From the IMG/VR virus record IMGVR_UViG_3300021961_000029: a stretch of DNA of 58,740 nt. The stretch is one strand, 5' to 3'. Every line of letters begins with the position of its first letter. Positions within the stretch are counted from its first letter, which is position 1. The notes under the pieces are model-generated. The model was not told where the DNA came from and did no database searches. It was given only the letters and a program-made list of their open reading frames with translations. The translations under genes and the position numbers were made by a program. Shown here in pieces: positions 9,578 to 19,200 of this stretch. This DNA is from an uncultured virus (IMG/VR IMGVR_UViG_3300021961_000029). Taxonomy: Duplodnaviria; Heunggongvirae; Uroviricota; Caudoviricetes.

Positions 9578-12433
9578 ATGGCAAATTCAAATAGAGTATT
9601 TGTATCTCCGGGTGTATATACATCTGAAAAAGACTTAACATTCGTAGCACAAAGTGTTGGGGTAAGCACGTTAGGTTTGGTGGGTGAAACCTTAAAAGGT
9701 CCCGCTTTTGAACCTGTATTAATAACAAATTTTGACGAATTCAAGTCATATTTTGGGGGAACAAGTCCACTAAAGGACAACAATAACAACCCAAGATATG
9801 AATTACCGTACTTCGCAAAATCTTATTTAGAAGAATCTAATCAATTATTTGTTACAAGAATTTTAGGTTTAACAGGTTACAAACCAGTTAAAACATTCGG
9901 TATACAAACAATAGGTGGTGTGACTTTAGGTACATTCAGTGGAACAACCACCGGATTAACAATGTCAGCAACAACCACTACGATTACTGCAAGTACAATT
10001 TATAGTGAATTATCTAATAAGATATCAGTTGATGGTAACTACATCACCGACTACATTGTTGCGAATTTTAGTGGTAACACTTCTGCAAACCATGGTCAAT
10101 GGTTTGTTATGGGTGAAGTACCAACATCAGGAACAAGTGGTCAAACGGCATCAATTGAAGAAATTTCACCTTTGACAGGTTTAGATAATGCAAGTAACAA
10201 CAATAACAAAGAATGGTACAACGTACTTTGTAACACAAGTGGTTCAGAAGTTTATTCTTACTTATTTGTTTACAATAGTGGTACAAGTAGATTCAATGTA
10301 ACCAAATACACATATAACGGTACATTGAATACTGCATACGATGGACAAATAGTTTTAGCGTTTAGACCAAGAGGTTCTTATAATGGTCAAACATTAAATT
10401 TAGAAACAACCACAGACGTTAATTTCCAAATTACAGGAACAGGTATCACCACAAACCCATTAGCTGAGTTTACCGTAGGTGTTACAGGTTCAACAAGTGG
10501 TGCTAAGTCATTCACTTGTAGTATGGATACCACATCTTCAAAATATGTAACTAAAGTATTTGGGGTTGATGTTTATGACAAACTAAAAAGTGAAGTTCCA
10601 ATTTATGTTTATGAATCATATCCAAATTATCTCGTAAGAGCATATGAACAAGGATACATTAGAGGTTTAAGTTTAACTGAAGTATATGAAACAGAAGGTA
10701 ACAACTTCTTAACCTCATGGGATACACCAATGACACCAACTGTTGTTTCTGAAGTTAGAGGTGGTGAGGTTGATGATTTATTTGATGTTATCACCGTATC
10801 TGATGGTGAAAGTGCAAACTTTGAAGTAAAAGTTTCAATCATCAATATAGATGTAAACACTGGTGACTTCGACTTAATTGTTCGTGACTTCAATGATACT
10901 GACGACAATATTGTGGTTCTTGAAAAATATTCAAGATGTAATATGAATCCTGACCTACCTGGTTATGTGGCTAAAAAAGTTGGTACATCTGATGGTGAAT
11001 ACGAATTACGTTCAAGATACATTATGTTATCGATGGCCAATGACCACCCGATTGATGCATACCCTGGCGGTTTCAAAGGATTTGTGAACAACACATCATT
11101 TGGAACTAAAACTTTAGGTTCAGTAATGTATAAAACAGAATTCTATGACGCGGGTGATACAACAGGATACGAAGCGGACGGAACACCTATTTTATCTTCA
11201 GGAGATAAAGTGAGAAAGGTTTACTTTGGTTTATCAAGTCCAGTTAATAAATCAACATACGATAGGGATTTATTTAAATTCAAAGGAACGGGAGCTGCGG
11301 GAACAACTAAAGGTTTCCACTTATCAACAAACGCATCTACTATCACAGGTACTACCTTCTTAACTACATCATATGATTTAGAAGGTCAAACAGGTGGAGC
11401 AAACAACGTTTTAACAAACATCAACTACCGTAAATTCACATTCGCCGCAGGTGGTGGATTTGATGGATGGGATATCTACAGAAACGTAAGAACTTACGGT
11501 GATGGTTATATCTTTGGTAAAACTACCTACACAAGTGGTAATACCACAAACGGAGGGGTGTTTAGTACGGTATCAGGAAACTCTGACTACTACGCATATA
11601 CTCAAGGTATTGACACTTTTGCAAACCCTGAGGCGGTTGACATCAATATATTCTCAACACCGGGTATTAACTTCTACGACCATAGTTCTTTAACATCATA
11701 CGCAATTGATATGATTGAAGAAGACAGAGCGGATTCACTTTATGTGATATCACCACCAAACTATGGTACTTCTGACGAAATTATAGACGCATTGGACGGA
11801 GTTGCAATTGATAGTAACTATTCAGCAACATATTGGCCTTGGATTCAAGTTAGAGACGTGGATAACGCGGTACAACTATATCTTCCACCAACAGGTGAAG
11901 TATTAAGAAATATCGCATTAACAGATAACGTATCCTTCCCTTGGTTCGCAGTAGCGGGTTACTCAAGAGGTTTGGTTAACTCTATCAAAGCTTTCAAGAA
12001 ATTAACTTTGGATGAAAGAGATGACCTATACAAAGCTCGAATTAACCCTATCGCAACATTCGCAGATACAGGAACGATAATTTGGGGTAATAAAACTCTT
12101 CAAGTTCGTGAATCAGCATTGGATAGAATTAACGTAAGAAGATTGTTGTTGAGAGCAAGAAAATTGATTTCAGCGGTGGCAGTTAGATTACTATTTGAAC
12201 AAAACGATGAACAAGTTCGTAACGAGTTCTTGAGATTGGTAAACCCAATATTAGACGCAATCAAGAGAGAAAGAGGTTTATATGAATTCCGTGTAACGGT
12301 TTCAAACGACCCTGAGGACATTGACGCTAATACTTTGAGAGGTAAAATTTATATTAAACCAACAAGAGCTCTTGAATTCATCGATGTTGAGTTCATAATC
12401 ACACCAACAGGAGCATCATTTGACAATATCTAA
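9578..12433 (+). CDS. Contractile tail sheath protein
   Basis: FVSPGVYTSEKD, GETLKGPAFEP, TYWPW, PWFAVAGYSRG, INPI, WGNKT, RINVRRLL, LFEQND, IKPTRALEFI. Confidence 0.97.
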   Translation: MANSNRVFVSPGVYTSEKDLTFVAQSVGVSTLGLVGETLKGPAFEPVLITNFDEFKSYFGGTSPLKDNNNNPRYELPYFAKSYLEESNQLFVTRILGLTGYKPVKTFGIQTIGGVTLGTFSGTTTGLTMSATTTTITASTIYSELSNKISVDGNYITDYIVANFSGNTSANHGQWFVMGEVPTSGTSGQTASIEEISPLTGLDNASNNNNKEWYNVLCNTSGSEVYSYLFVYNSGTSRFNVTKYTYNGTLNTAYDGQIVLAFRPRGSYNGQTLNLETTTDVNFQITGTGITTNPLAEFTVGVTGSTSGAKSFTCSMDTTSSKYVTKVFGVDVYDKLKSEVPIYVYESYPNYLVRAYEQGYIRGLSLTEVYETEGNNFLTSWDTPMTPTVVSEVRGGEVDDLFDVITVSDGESANFEVKVSIINIDVNTGDFDLIVRDFNDTDDNIVVLEKYSRCNMNPDLPGYVAKKVGTSDGEYELRSRYIMLSMANDHPIDAYPGGFKGFVNNTSFGTKTLGSVMYKTEFYDAGDTTGYEADGTPILSSGDKVRKVYFGLSSPVNKSTYDRDLFKFKGTGAAGTTKGFHLSTNASTITGTTFLTTSYDLEGQTGGANNVLTNINYRKFTFAAGGGFDGWDIYRNVRTYGDGYIFGKTTYTSGNTTNGGVFSTVSGNSDYYAYTQGIDTFANPEAVDINIFSTPGINFYDHSSLTSYAIDMIEEDRADSLYVISPPNYGTSDEIIDALDGVAIDSNYSATYWPWIQVRDVDNAVQLYLPPTGEVLRNIALTDNVSFPWFAVAGYSRGLVNSIKAFKKLTLDERDDLYKARINPIATFADTGTIIWGNKTLQVRESALDRINVRRLLLRARKLISAVAVRLLFEQNDEQVRNEFLRLVNPILDAIKRERGLYEFRVTVSNDPEDIDANTLRGKIYIKPTRALEFIDVEFIITPTGASFDNI

Positions 12434-12434
12434 T

Positions 12435-12465
12435 AAAAAGGGGAGGGGAAACCCTCCCTATTTTA
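12435..12465 (+). terminator. Intrinsic terminator after sheath
   Basis: GGGAGGG-GAAA-CCCTCCC followed by TATTTT. Confidence 0.85.
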
Positions 12466-12481
12466 TGTTCCACGTGAAACG
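12466..12481. other. parS-like palindrome (TGTTCCACGTGAAACG)
   Basis: 15/16 match to the bacterial chromosomal parS consensus TGTTNCACGTGAAACA; intergenic; degenerate second copy TGTTCCACAGAAAAAT at 12493-12508. Confidence 0.7.
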
Positions 12482-12542
12482 TTGATATTATTTGTTCCAC
12501 AGAAAAATATTAAAATATAAAAAAAATAAAATTATAAATTAC

Positions 12543-12640
12543 CCAGTATATGCACCAGTATTCTAGTTCTAGTTTATTTGATTCTAGTTATTCTAGTTTA
12601 TTTAATCTAGTTCTATATTTACTAGCATCTAGTACTAGTA
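12543..12640. repeat. Cluster of CTAG(T)/CCAGTA short repeats, possibly iterons
   Basis: CTAG at 12563, 12569, 12584, 12593, 12607, 12622, 12629, 12635; CCAGTA at 12543 and 12555; preceded by an A/T-only tract of about 39 nt. Confidence 0.75.
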
Positions 12641-12761
12641 TGGAAAAAATACGAAATTATTTTGACATAATCAAGGGATGAACAAGATTTTTTTGTTTTT
12701 TCAGATACAGGATATTTATAAGAAAGATTAACAATAAAAAAAATAAAAAACAAATATTGAC

Positions 12762-13250
12762 ATGGCAGATTTATTAATGAAAATGCCGGTTCCTTACGAA
12801 CCGAAGAGAGTTAACCGATTCATATTAAGATTTCCCTCATCATTGGGTATCAACGAATGGTATGTAACCTCAAGTGCTAGACCAAGTGCAAAAATTAATT
12901 CAGTTGCGATTCCGTTTATCAACACATCAACATATGTTGCTGGTAGATTTGAATGGAACGAAATAAGAGTAACCTTCAAAGACCCAATTGGACCTTCAGC
13001 CGCTCAGGCATTAATGGAGTGGTTCCGTTTACACGCAGAATCAGTTACAGGTCGTATGGGTTATGCTGCTGGTTATAAAAAAGACATTGAATTAGAAATG
13101 TTAGACCCAACGGGGGTTGTGGTTGAAAAATGGATACTTCAAGGTACTTTTATCACCGACTTAAACTTTAATGAACTAGACTATTCAAGAGATGATATTG
13201 CATCTATCACTTGTTCATTGAGAATGGATAGATGTATATTAGTTTACTAA
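12762..13250 (+). CDS. Tail tube protein (T4 gp19-like)
   Basis: 162 aa after sheath; EPKRVNRF, YVAGRFEWNEIRVTF, YKKDIELEMLDPTGVVVEKW. Confidence 0.92.
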   Translation: MADLLMKMPVPYEPKRVNRFILRFPSSLGINEWYVTSSARPSAKINSVAIPFINTSTYVAGRFEWNEIRVTFKDPIGPSAAQALMEWFRLHAESVTGRMGYAAGYKKDIELEMLDPTGVVVEKWILQGTFITDLNFNELDYSRDDIASITCSLRMDRCILVY

Positions 13251-13275
13251 TCAAATAATAAAAAATCTGTCAATA

Positions 13276-13309
13276 AAAGGTCTCTCAAAAGGAGACCTTT
13301 ACTTTTTTT
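13276..13309 (+). terminator. Intrinsic terminator after tail tube
   Basis: AAAGGTCTC...GAGACCTTT hairpin followed by a T-run. Confidence 0.75.
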
Positions 13310-13350
13310 ATAAGTTTTTGTAAATTATAATAGTTATAAAATAAAAAAAT

Positions 13351-14100
13351 ATGGATGAATTTAGAGTAGACCCAACAATTGCGTATGATGTTGTTGAATT
13401 ACCTTCAAGAGGTATACACTATCAAAATAAAAAGAAATCATTAAAGGTTGCATATCTAACAGCAGCGGATGAGAATATTTTATCAGCTCAGAATTTAATT
13501 GCCACCAATGGAGTGATTGAGGAACTATTAAAAAGAAAAGTTTTAGATAGGGACATTCAAGTTGAAGATATTGTAGAGGAAGATAGACAAGCGATATTAA
13601 TTTTCCTAAGAAATACCGCTTTTGGTCCTGAATATAAATTATATCTACAAGACCCAAAAACAGAAAAGGAATACACGGCAAGTGTTGATATGAGTGAATT
13701 AAAATTTAAAGATTTTAATTTAGAATCGGATACAAATGGTGAATACCCATATTTTATGGAAAAATCTAAAGTTCATATTACTTTCAAGTTTTTAACACCA
13801 AAACAAGAAAAAGATTTAGAGGATTTAAAACGAAGTTGGAATGGACAAGGTGTTGCACCTATTGTCACTAAACAATTAGAAATTATGATTAAATCTGTTG
13901 AGGGTAATAGAGATATGATGAACATTCACAACTTTGTAGAAAGACTCCCAATCAAAGATTCACAAGATTTCAAAAAATTTGTTAAAGAAAATAAACCAGG
14001 ATTAGATTTAGTAAAAAAAGTAAAAACCCCGTCAGGAGAAGATGTCGATGTTGAAATCGGCTTCGGGGTGGAGTTTTTTCGTCCTTTCTATGGATTATAA
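13351..14100 (+). CDS. Baseplate-hub / tail assembly chaperone (T4 gp26-like)
   Basis: VELPSRG, YLTAADENIL, DRQAILIFLR and C-terminal FGVEFF; lies between tube and tape measure. Confidence 0.7.
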   Translation: MDEFRVDPTIAYDVVELPSRGIHYQNKKKSLKVAYLTAADENILSAQNLIATNGVIEELLKRKVLDRDIQVEDIVEEDRQAILIFLRNTAFGPEYKLYLQDPKTEKEYTASVDMSELKFKDFNLESDTNGEYPYFMEKSKVHITFKFLTPKQEKDLEDLKRSWNGQGVAPIVTKQLEIMIKSVEGNRDMMNIHNFVERLPIKDSQDFKKFVKENKPGLDLVKKVKTPSGEDVDVEIGFGVEFFRPFYGL

Positions 14101-14233
14101 GAAAGGTCAATTAGATGAAATTTTATTTTTAATCAAAAAAGGTTTTAGTTATGGTGATATTTTGACGATGCCAATTTTTATACGTAGATATTATGTGGAA
14201 TATATTCTTGAATTAGAAAATAGTCCTAAATAG
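14090..14233 (+). CDS. Small hub-assembly protein (T4-like gp51 type); possibly expressed as a frameshift extension of the upstream chaperone
   Basis: GFSYGDILTMPIFIRRYYVEYI resembles the gp51-type pattern; overlaps the upstream gene end in the +1 frame. Confidence 0.6.
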   Translation: MDYKKGQLDEILFLIKKGFSYGDILTMPIFIRRYYVEYILELENSPK

Positions 14234-14244
14234 TATTTATAGGT

Positions 14245-16191
14245 ATGGCAGCACCAAGAATTAGTGATATTAAACAAGGACTTTCTTACAGTAATTTTAA
14301 GAAAGAGTTTATGGATTGTGATGAGGTAAAGAATAATCCCAGTCTATTAGGTCAAATCGATAACTATTGGACCGCCTATAGTTCAACCGCTACAACTACA
14401 ACTTCAAATACCGGAAGTACTAATAAACTTACATCCACCACACAATCAACAGTTACAGGGTTACTTGGCACTCAAGACATTAGTAGGTTAGGTGCTGGAT
14501 ATCAGTATTCATCATTGGAAAGTACTCAAGATACCATATTTCAATTAAGTGATGTTTCTAAAGGTTTATTTGATGTAATGAACCAATCAAAAAATGTTGG
14601 CGATGTGGTTATGAATTTAGCTGGTGCGGGTATCGGAAAATTGATGGAGGGTGTACAACAAGTTTTAAAACAAGAGGTTGAATTACGAAATAAAATAAAT
14701 TCTCAACTTGGTTTAACAGGTGAGCTATCAAGAGAAGCTCGAAACAATATATTAGAAACCTTACCAGCGGCAACCGCAATGGCATTTGGTTTTGAGGACG
14801 TTAGTGATTACGCCGTTTCATTAGTACAAAATACAGGTAAAATGACCACATTTGGTGCCGATGTTTTACAGGAATCCCAAAAAACAGCGAGAGCTTTTTA
14901 TGGTGATTTGGATAAATTGGCGGGTGCTATCGATGGATTTGAAAAAGTCGGTATTGGAGCTAAGGATGCAATTAAAGAAATTGATAAAGCGGGTAAAAGT
15001 TCATTGGCTTTAGGTTTAAATGCAAGAAAAGTCGTATCTGAGTTAGACCAAAATATGTCTAAATTAAATTCATATGGATTTAAAAATGGTGTGGAAGGTT
15101 TAACAAGAATGGTTCAAAAATCCATTGAATTTAACTTGAATATGTCTACAGTATTAAAACTTGCAGATGACGCCATGGACCCTGATAAAGCGATTGCGTT
15201 GTCCGCCGAATTACAAGCAATAGGTGGTGCAATTGGAGATTTTAATGACCCACTCAAATTGATGTATATGGCAACAAATGATGCCGGCGGATTACAAGAC
15301 GCGTTAATTGGTGTTGCGGGTTCATTAACAACATATAATAGTGAGTTAGGGAAATTTGAAATATCGGGTGCTAATTTAAGAAAAGCCAAAGCGTTGGCCA
15401 GTGAACTTGGTATGAACTATGATGAATTGGCCAATACCGCAATAAAGGCATCAGAAAGGTCTTCAGCGGCTACCGCTCTTCTATCATCAGGTTTACAAAT
15501 CGACGAAAAAGAAAAAGAGTTCCTTACCAACATTTCTAAAATGGAAGGTGGACAAATGGTAATTGACGTACCAAAATCTTTGGCAAAAGAGTTAGGTTTA
15601 GAGGATACAAAAGTTGCACTTGATGAATTGAGTCCCGCTATAGCTAAAGGATTAATAGAAAATCAACAGGCGTTTGAAAAAATGAGTGTTGAGGATATTG
15701 CAAGAGACCAGTATACAACCACACAAAATATACAAAAAGATGTTAGTGCATTATTGACTTTAGCAAAGGTTAGAGTTGCTGGTGGACTAAGAGAACCCTT
15801 ATCTCAAGTTGATAAATACTTAGAAGAAAAACTTGGAAAAGATTTAAAAAAGACAACAACAGCCGAACTACAAGGAAATGAAGAACTTGGCGCATTTTGG
15901 AAAGAGGTTGGTCTAAACACGAAGACACCCATGTTAAAATCTTTTGAAGAATTACAGAAAAGTGGTATAATTAGTGAAGAGGCATTAAAGGGTGTAAAAA
16001 GTATTGGGTCAGGTGAACAACAAGTTACCACAAAAAACATTAACCTAAATATTAAATCAAACGATGCGGTCGTTGACGCGACAACACGTGCAATAGTTAA
16101 TAACCCATCAATTGCTAATGATATTGCAAATACTGTTTTACCGAGTGAACTTGATTACACCTCAACTACATTACCAACAAAATTCTATTAA
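14245..16191 (+). CDS. Tape measure protein
   Basis: 648 aa, Ala/Leu/Gly-rich helical composition; canonical position after tube and chaperones. Confidence 0.75.
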   Translation: MAAPRISDIKQGLSYSNFKKEFMDCDEVKNNPSLLGQIDNYWTAYSSTATTTTSNTGSTNKLTSTTQSTVTGLLGTQDISRLGAGYQYSSLESTQDTIFQLSDVSKGLFDVMNQSKNVGDVVMNLAGAGIGKLMEGVQQVLKQEVELRNKINSQLGLTGELSREARNNILETLPAATAMAFGFEDVSDYAVSLVQNTGKMTTFGADVLQESQKTARAFYGDLDKLAGAIDGFEKVGIGAKDAIKEIDKAGKSSLALGLNARKVVSELDQNMSKLNSYGFKNGVEGLTRMVQKSIEFNLNMSTVLKLADDAMDPDKAIALSAELQAIGGAIGDFNDPLKLMYMATNDAGGLQDALIGVAGSLTTYNSELGKFEISGANLRKAKALASELGMNYDELANTAIKASERSSAATALLSSGLQIDEKEKEFLTNISKMEGGQMVIDVPKSLAKELGLEDTKVALDELSPAIAKGLIENQQAFEKMSVEDIARDQYTTTQNIQKDVSALLTLAKVRVAGGLREPLSQVDKYLEEKLGKDLKKTTTAELQGNEELGAFWKEVGLNTKTPMLKSFEELQKSGIISEEALKGVKSIGSGEQQVTTKNINLNIKSNDAVVDATTRAIVNNPSIANDIANTVLPSELDYTSTTLPTKFY

Positions 16192-16219
16192 AAATAAAAA
16201 GTTTCTATTTATAATATAA

Positions 16220-19200
16220 ATGCCAACATATTTAGATTTTAACAGTACGAAAACTTTTAGAGATTTTTTAATATCAAAAACTCTAAATAGACCCAATGGA
16301 CCACAGACGTTCACTGATGCAAATTATGCTGTTCAAAACCTAAATAATTTTGCAAACGTTGACCCGGGTGATGTTAAAACAAACTGGGCGGTTTACTTTG
16401 GTCAAAATTTTATCAATTTATATTTACCACCAAACAGTACGATTGAAGAATACACTGATACGTCACTACCAAATTTAGCGTTGTTAAATGGTGGTATTTT
16501 ATATGACGGATATTTTAATTCATTTGAACCACAGACAACTAATTTAGTTAGTATTATGGGAGGCCAAAACTTCGATAATGATTCGAGGTTAATGAAATTC
16601 GCAACAACTAATATTAGAGAGAATAAACAAGGACCGGTATTTGCTAGATTACAACAAAATCTTGAATCCGCTACATTAGGTAGAGTTAGAGCTCTTGATG
16701 CTTTAGGTGGTAATCTTGCCACCGCAATCAATATTGTAACAGGTAGAGAACCTTTAGTTGAAAAAAATTACAAAATTACCGTCGCTAAAAGTTTATTAGG
16801 AAAGGGTGTTGATTTTATTCAAACAGTTGCGGGTATTGAATCACCTTTTAGTGAGATACCGGGTGATTATTTAAGTGACCCTAAAAACCCAATTATTAAT
16901 AGACCATCACCTAAAACTGAAGCCGGTGCAATATTACAAGATGTTACAGGTGTTTTAGGTAGTTTAGTCGGAATACAAAGAAGACCAAAATTAGGAAGAA
17001 AACCTTCTGATTTAATGATTGAATATATGGGTGAAGGTCAAAAACAAATTTTATTTGACCAATTAACCTATTCAACATATGCACCAAACTATACAACAGT
17101 TGCAAGGTCTCAACAGTCATCCAAAATCTTCAACTTTGTAAATAGTGTTGCGGGTGGAATCAAAAACGTTTTAGGTTTAGAAGCACCAAAAGGTGTTGCA
17201 TATATTGGAGACGATAGAAGTGAAGACGTAAAATATACCATGTCTGACTTTAACGACAACATGGTTAAGAGTAGTTATTTCTTGAGTCTAATGTTTGACC
17301 CCGCACAAGCCACTTTATTTGAAAGACAAAGAAATATATCTCAAGGTGGACCAATAAGTGGAAAGTTAACTTGGATTAGTAAAAATTCACAAAACAAAAT
17401 TGGATTATGGAACCAAGAGTTTCAATCAAGAGAAAGTGATGCGTATAATAGTTCAATTTCAACAAAATATGGATTTAGAGAAGATTCAATTTTAGGTAAG
17501 ACCCAAGAAATATTGGATTCAATGCCTAAGGATGGTCAAGCAACCAGAACTCACGTGGGTAACGTTATTGACCAAACAAGTAGAATTTTCAAAGAGGGTG
17601 AATCAATGTTATCAAGAGGTTCAGCGATTAAATTTGTCGATAAATACAAACAAGAAACGGGTGCTGAATATTGTCGTGTTTGGACAAAAGATAGGTCATA
17701 TATGAATTATTCTGACACCATGAAAAGAACTGCTAACATCAGAAAATTTGATGATAGTATATTAGGTGGTGACAGTAGACCTTGGAACATCAATATTGCT
17801 CCGATGTCAAGTGGAAACTATGATGCAAAAAATAGTTTCAAAAATTCATTCGGTGCTAAAAACTCAACAAACATATTTGAATCACCAACGGGTGACGGAT
17901 TTTACGCTAAAAAATATATGTTCTCAATTGAAAACTTAGCTTGGAGAACATCAAACACACCTGGTTTTACATACAATGATTTACCATTCTGTGAAAGAGG
18001 CCCTAATGGTGGTAGAGTTATGTGGTTCCCACCATATGATTTAAAAGTTAGTGAAAACAACCAAGCCAGATGGCAAGACAATACTTTCTTAGGTAGACCC
18101 GAACCGATATACACATATCAGGATACATCAAGAAGTGGACAACTTTCATTTAAAGTGGTTGTCGACCACCCAAGTATTTTAAACCTATTAGTTAGAGAAT
18201 ACTTCAAAGGAATGTCAGATGAAGAATCTGAAAACTACATTAATGCATTTTTTGCGGGATGTGAAGAATTAGATTTCTATTCATTAATTAGAAGATATGC
18301 ACAATTAGATACAAACGACATTAAGTTGATTCAATCGTTTTTAAATAAAGGACAAAATCCTGAGATTATAAAACAATATAAAGTTACCACAGAGTATCCT
18401 GTAGAATCAACACCAACAAATACAACACCTCAAGGTAATGACGCCGATTCAAAACCTGTTGATGAGGTTGTAATTAAATTAAAATACGAAAACAATAGAC
18501 CGGGGCCAAGTTTAGACCTTGATACGACCAAAAACTACACAGAACTTTACAACACATATAAAGTTAGAAAACAAGATTATATTACAAAATTGGGTTCTGC
18601 TTTAAATACTTTAACAGGTTTAACACAAACGGACCCACAAGTAAAGAAAGAAAAATCATTTATTTTTGGTGATGAAAACAAAGCCGTAACTCAAGATGAT
18701 ATTAACTTCCAAGTTACGAAAATTGGTCAATATTTTGACGACGCTCAGACTTCATTCAACACATATGAAACTACACTAAATAATTTAATTACAGATATTT
18801 CGGGTAAAACCGCTGACACTATTAAATTTCAGATTCTATCTTCTTGTTCCTCAGTTGCCACAACTGATTACAATGAAAGATTGGCGTTAAGAAGAAGTCA
18901 CTCAGTTATCCAAGATATTTTTGATAGATTGACCGCTAGTGGTGGAAAAAAAGAATGGCAAATTAAATGGCCAACTAGTTTAAATTTAGTAAATAAAAAT
19001 AATTCCGAAAATGATAAGGAAGTTATACAAAGGGGACAACCTATCGTAGTTGTTAAAGAATATAGTACCAAAGATTTTGGTTTTGAACATGACACTAAAA
19101 TAGTAATTGAATCAGTAAACTATGGTGAATCATTAACAGGAACAAATCCTGATGTTGATTGTTTAAATAAAGATTTTGTTAAAATACCTGATTTAAAAGT

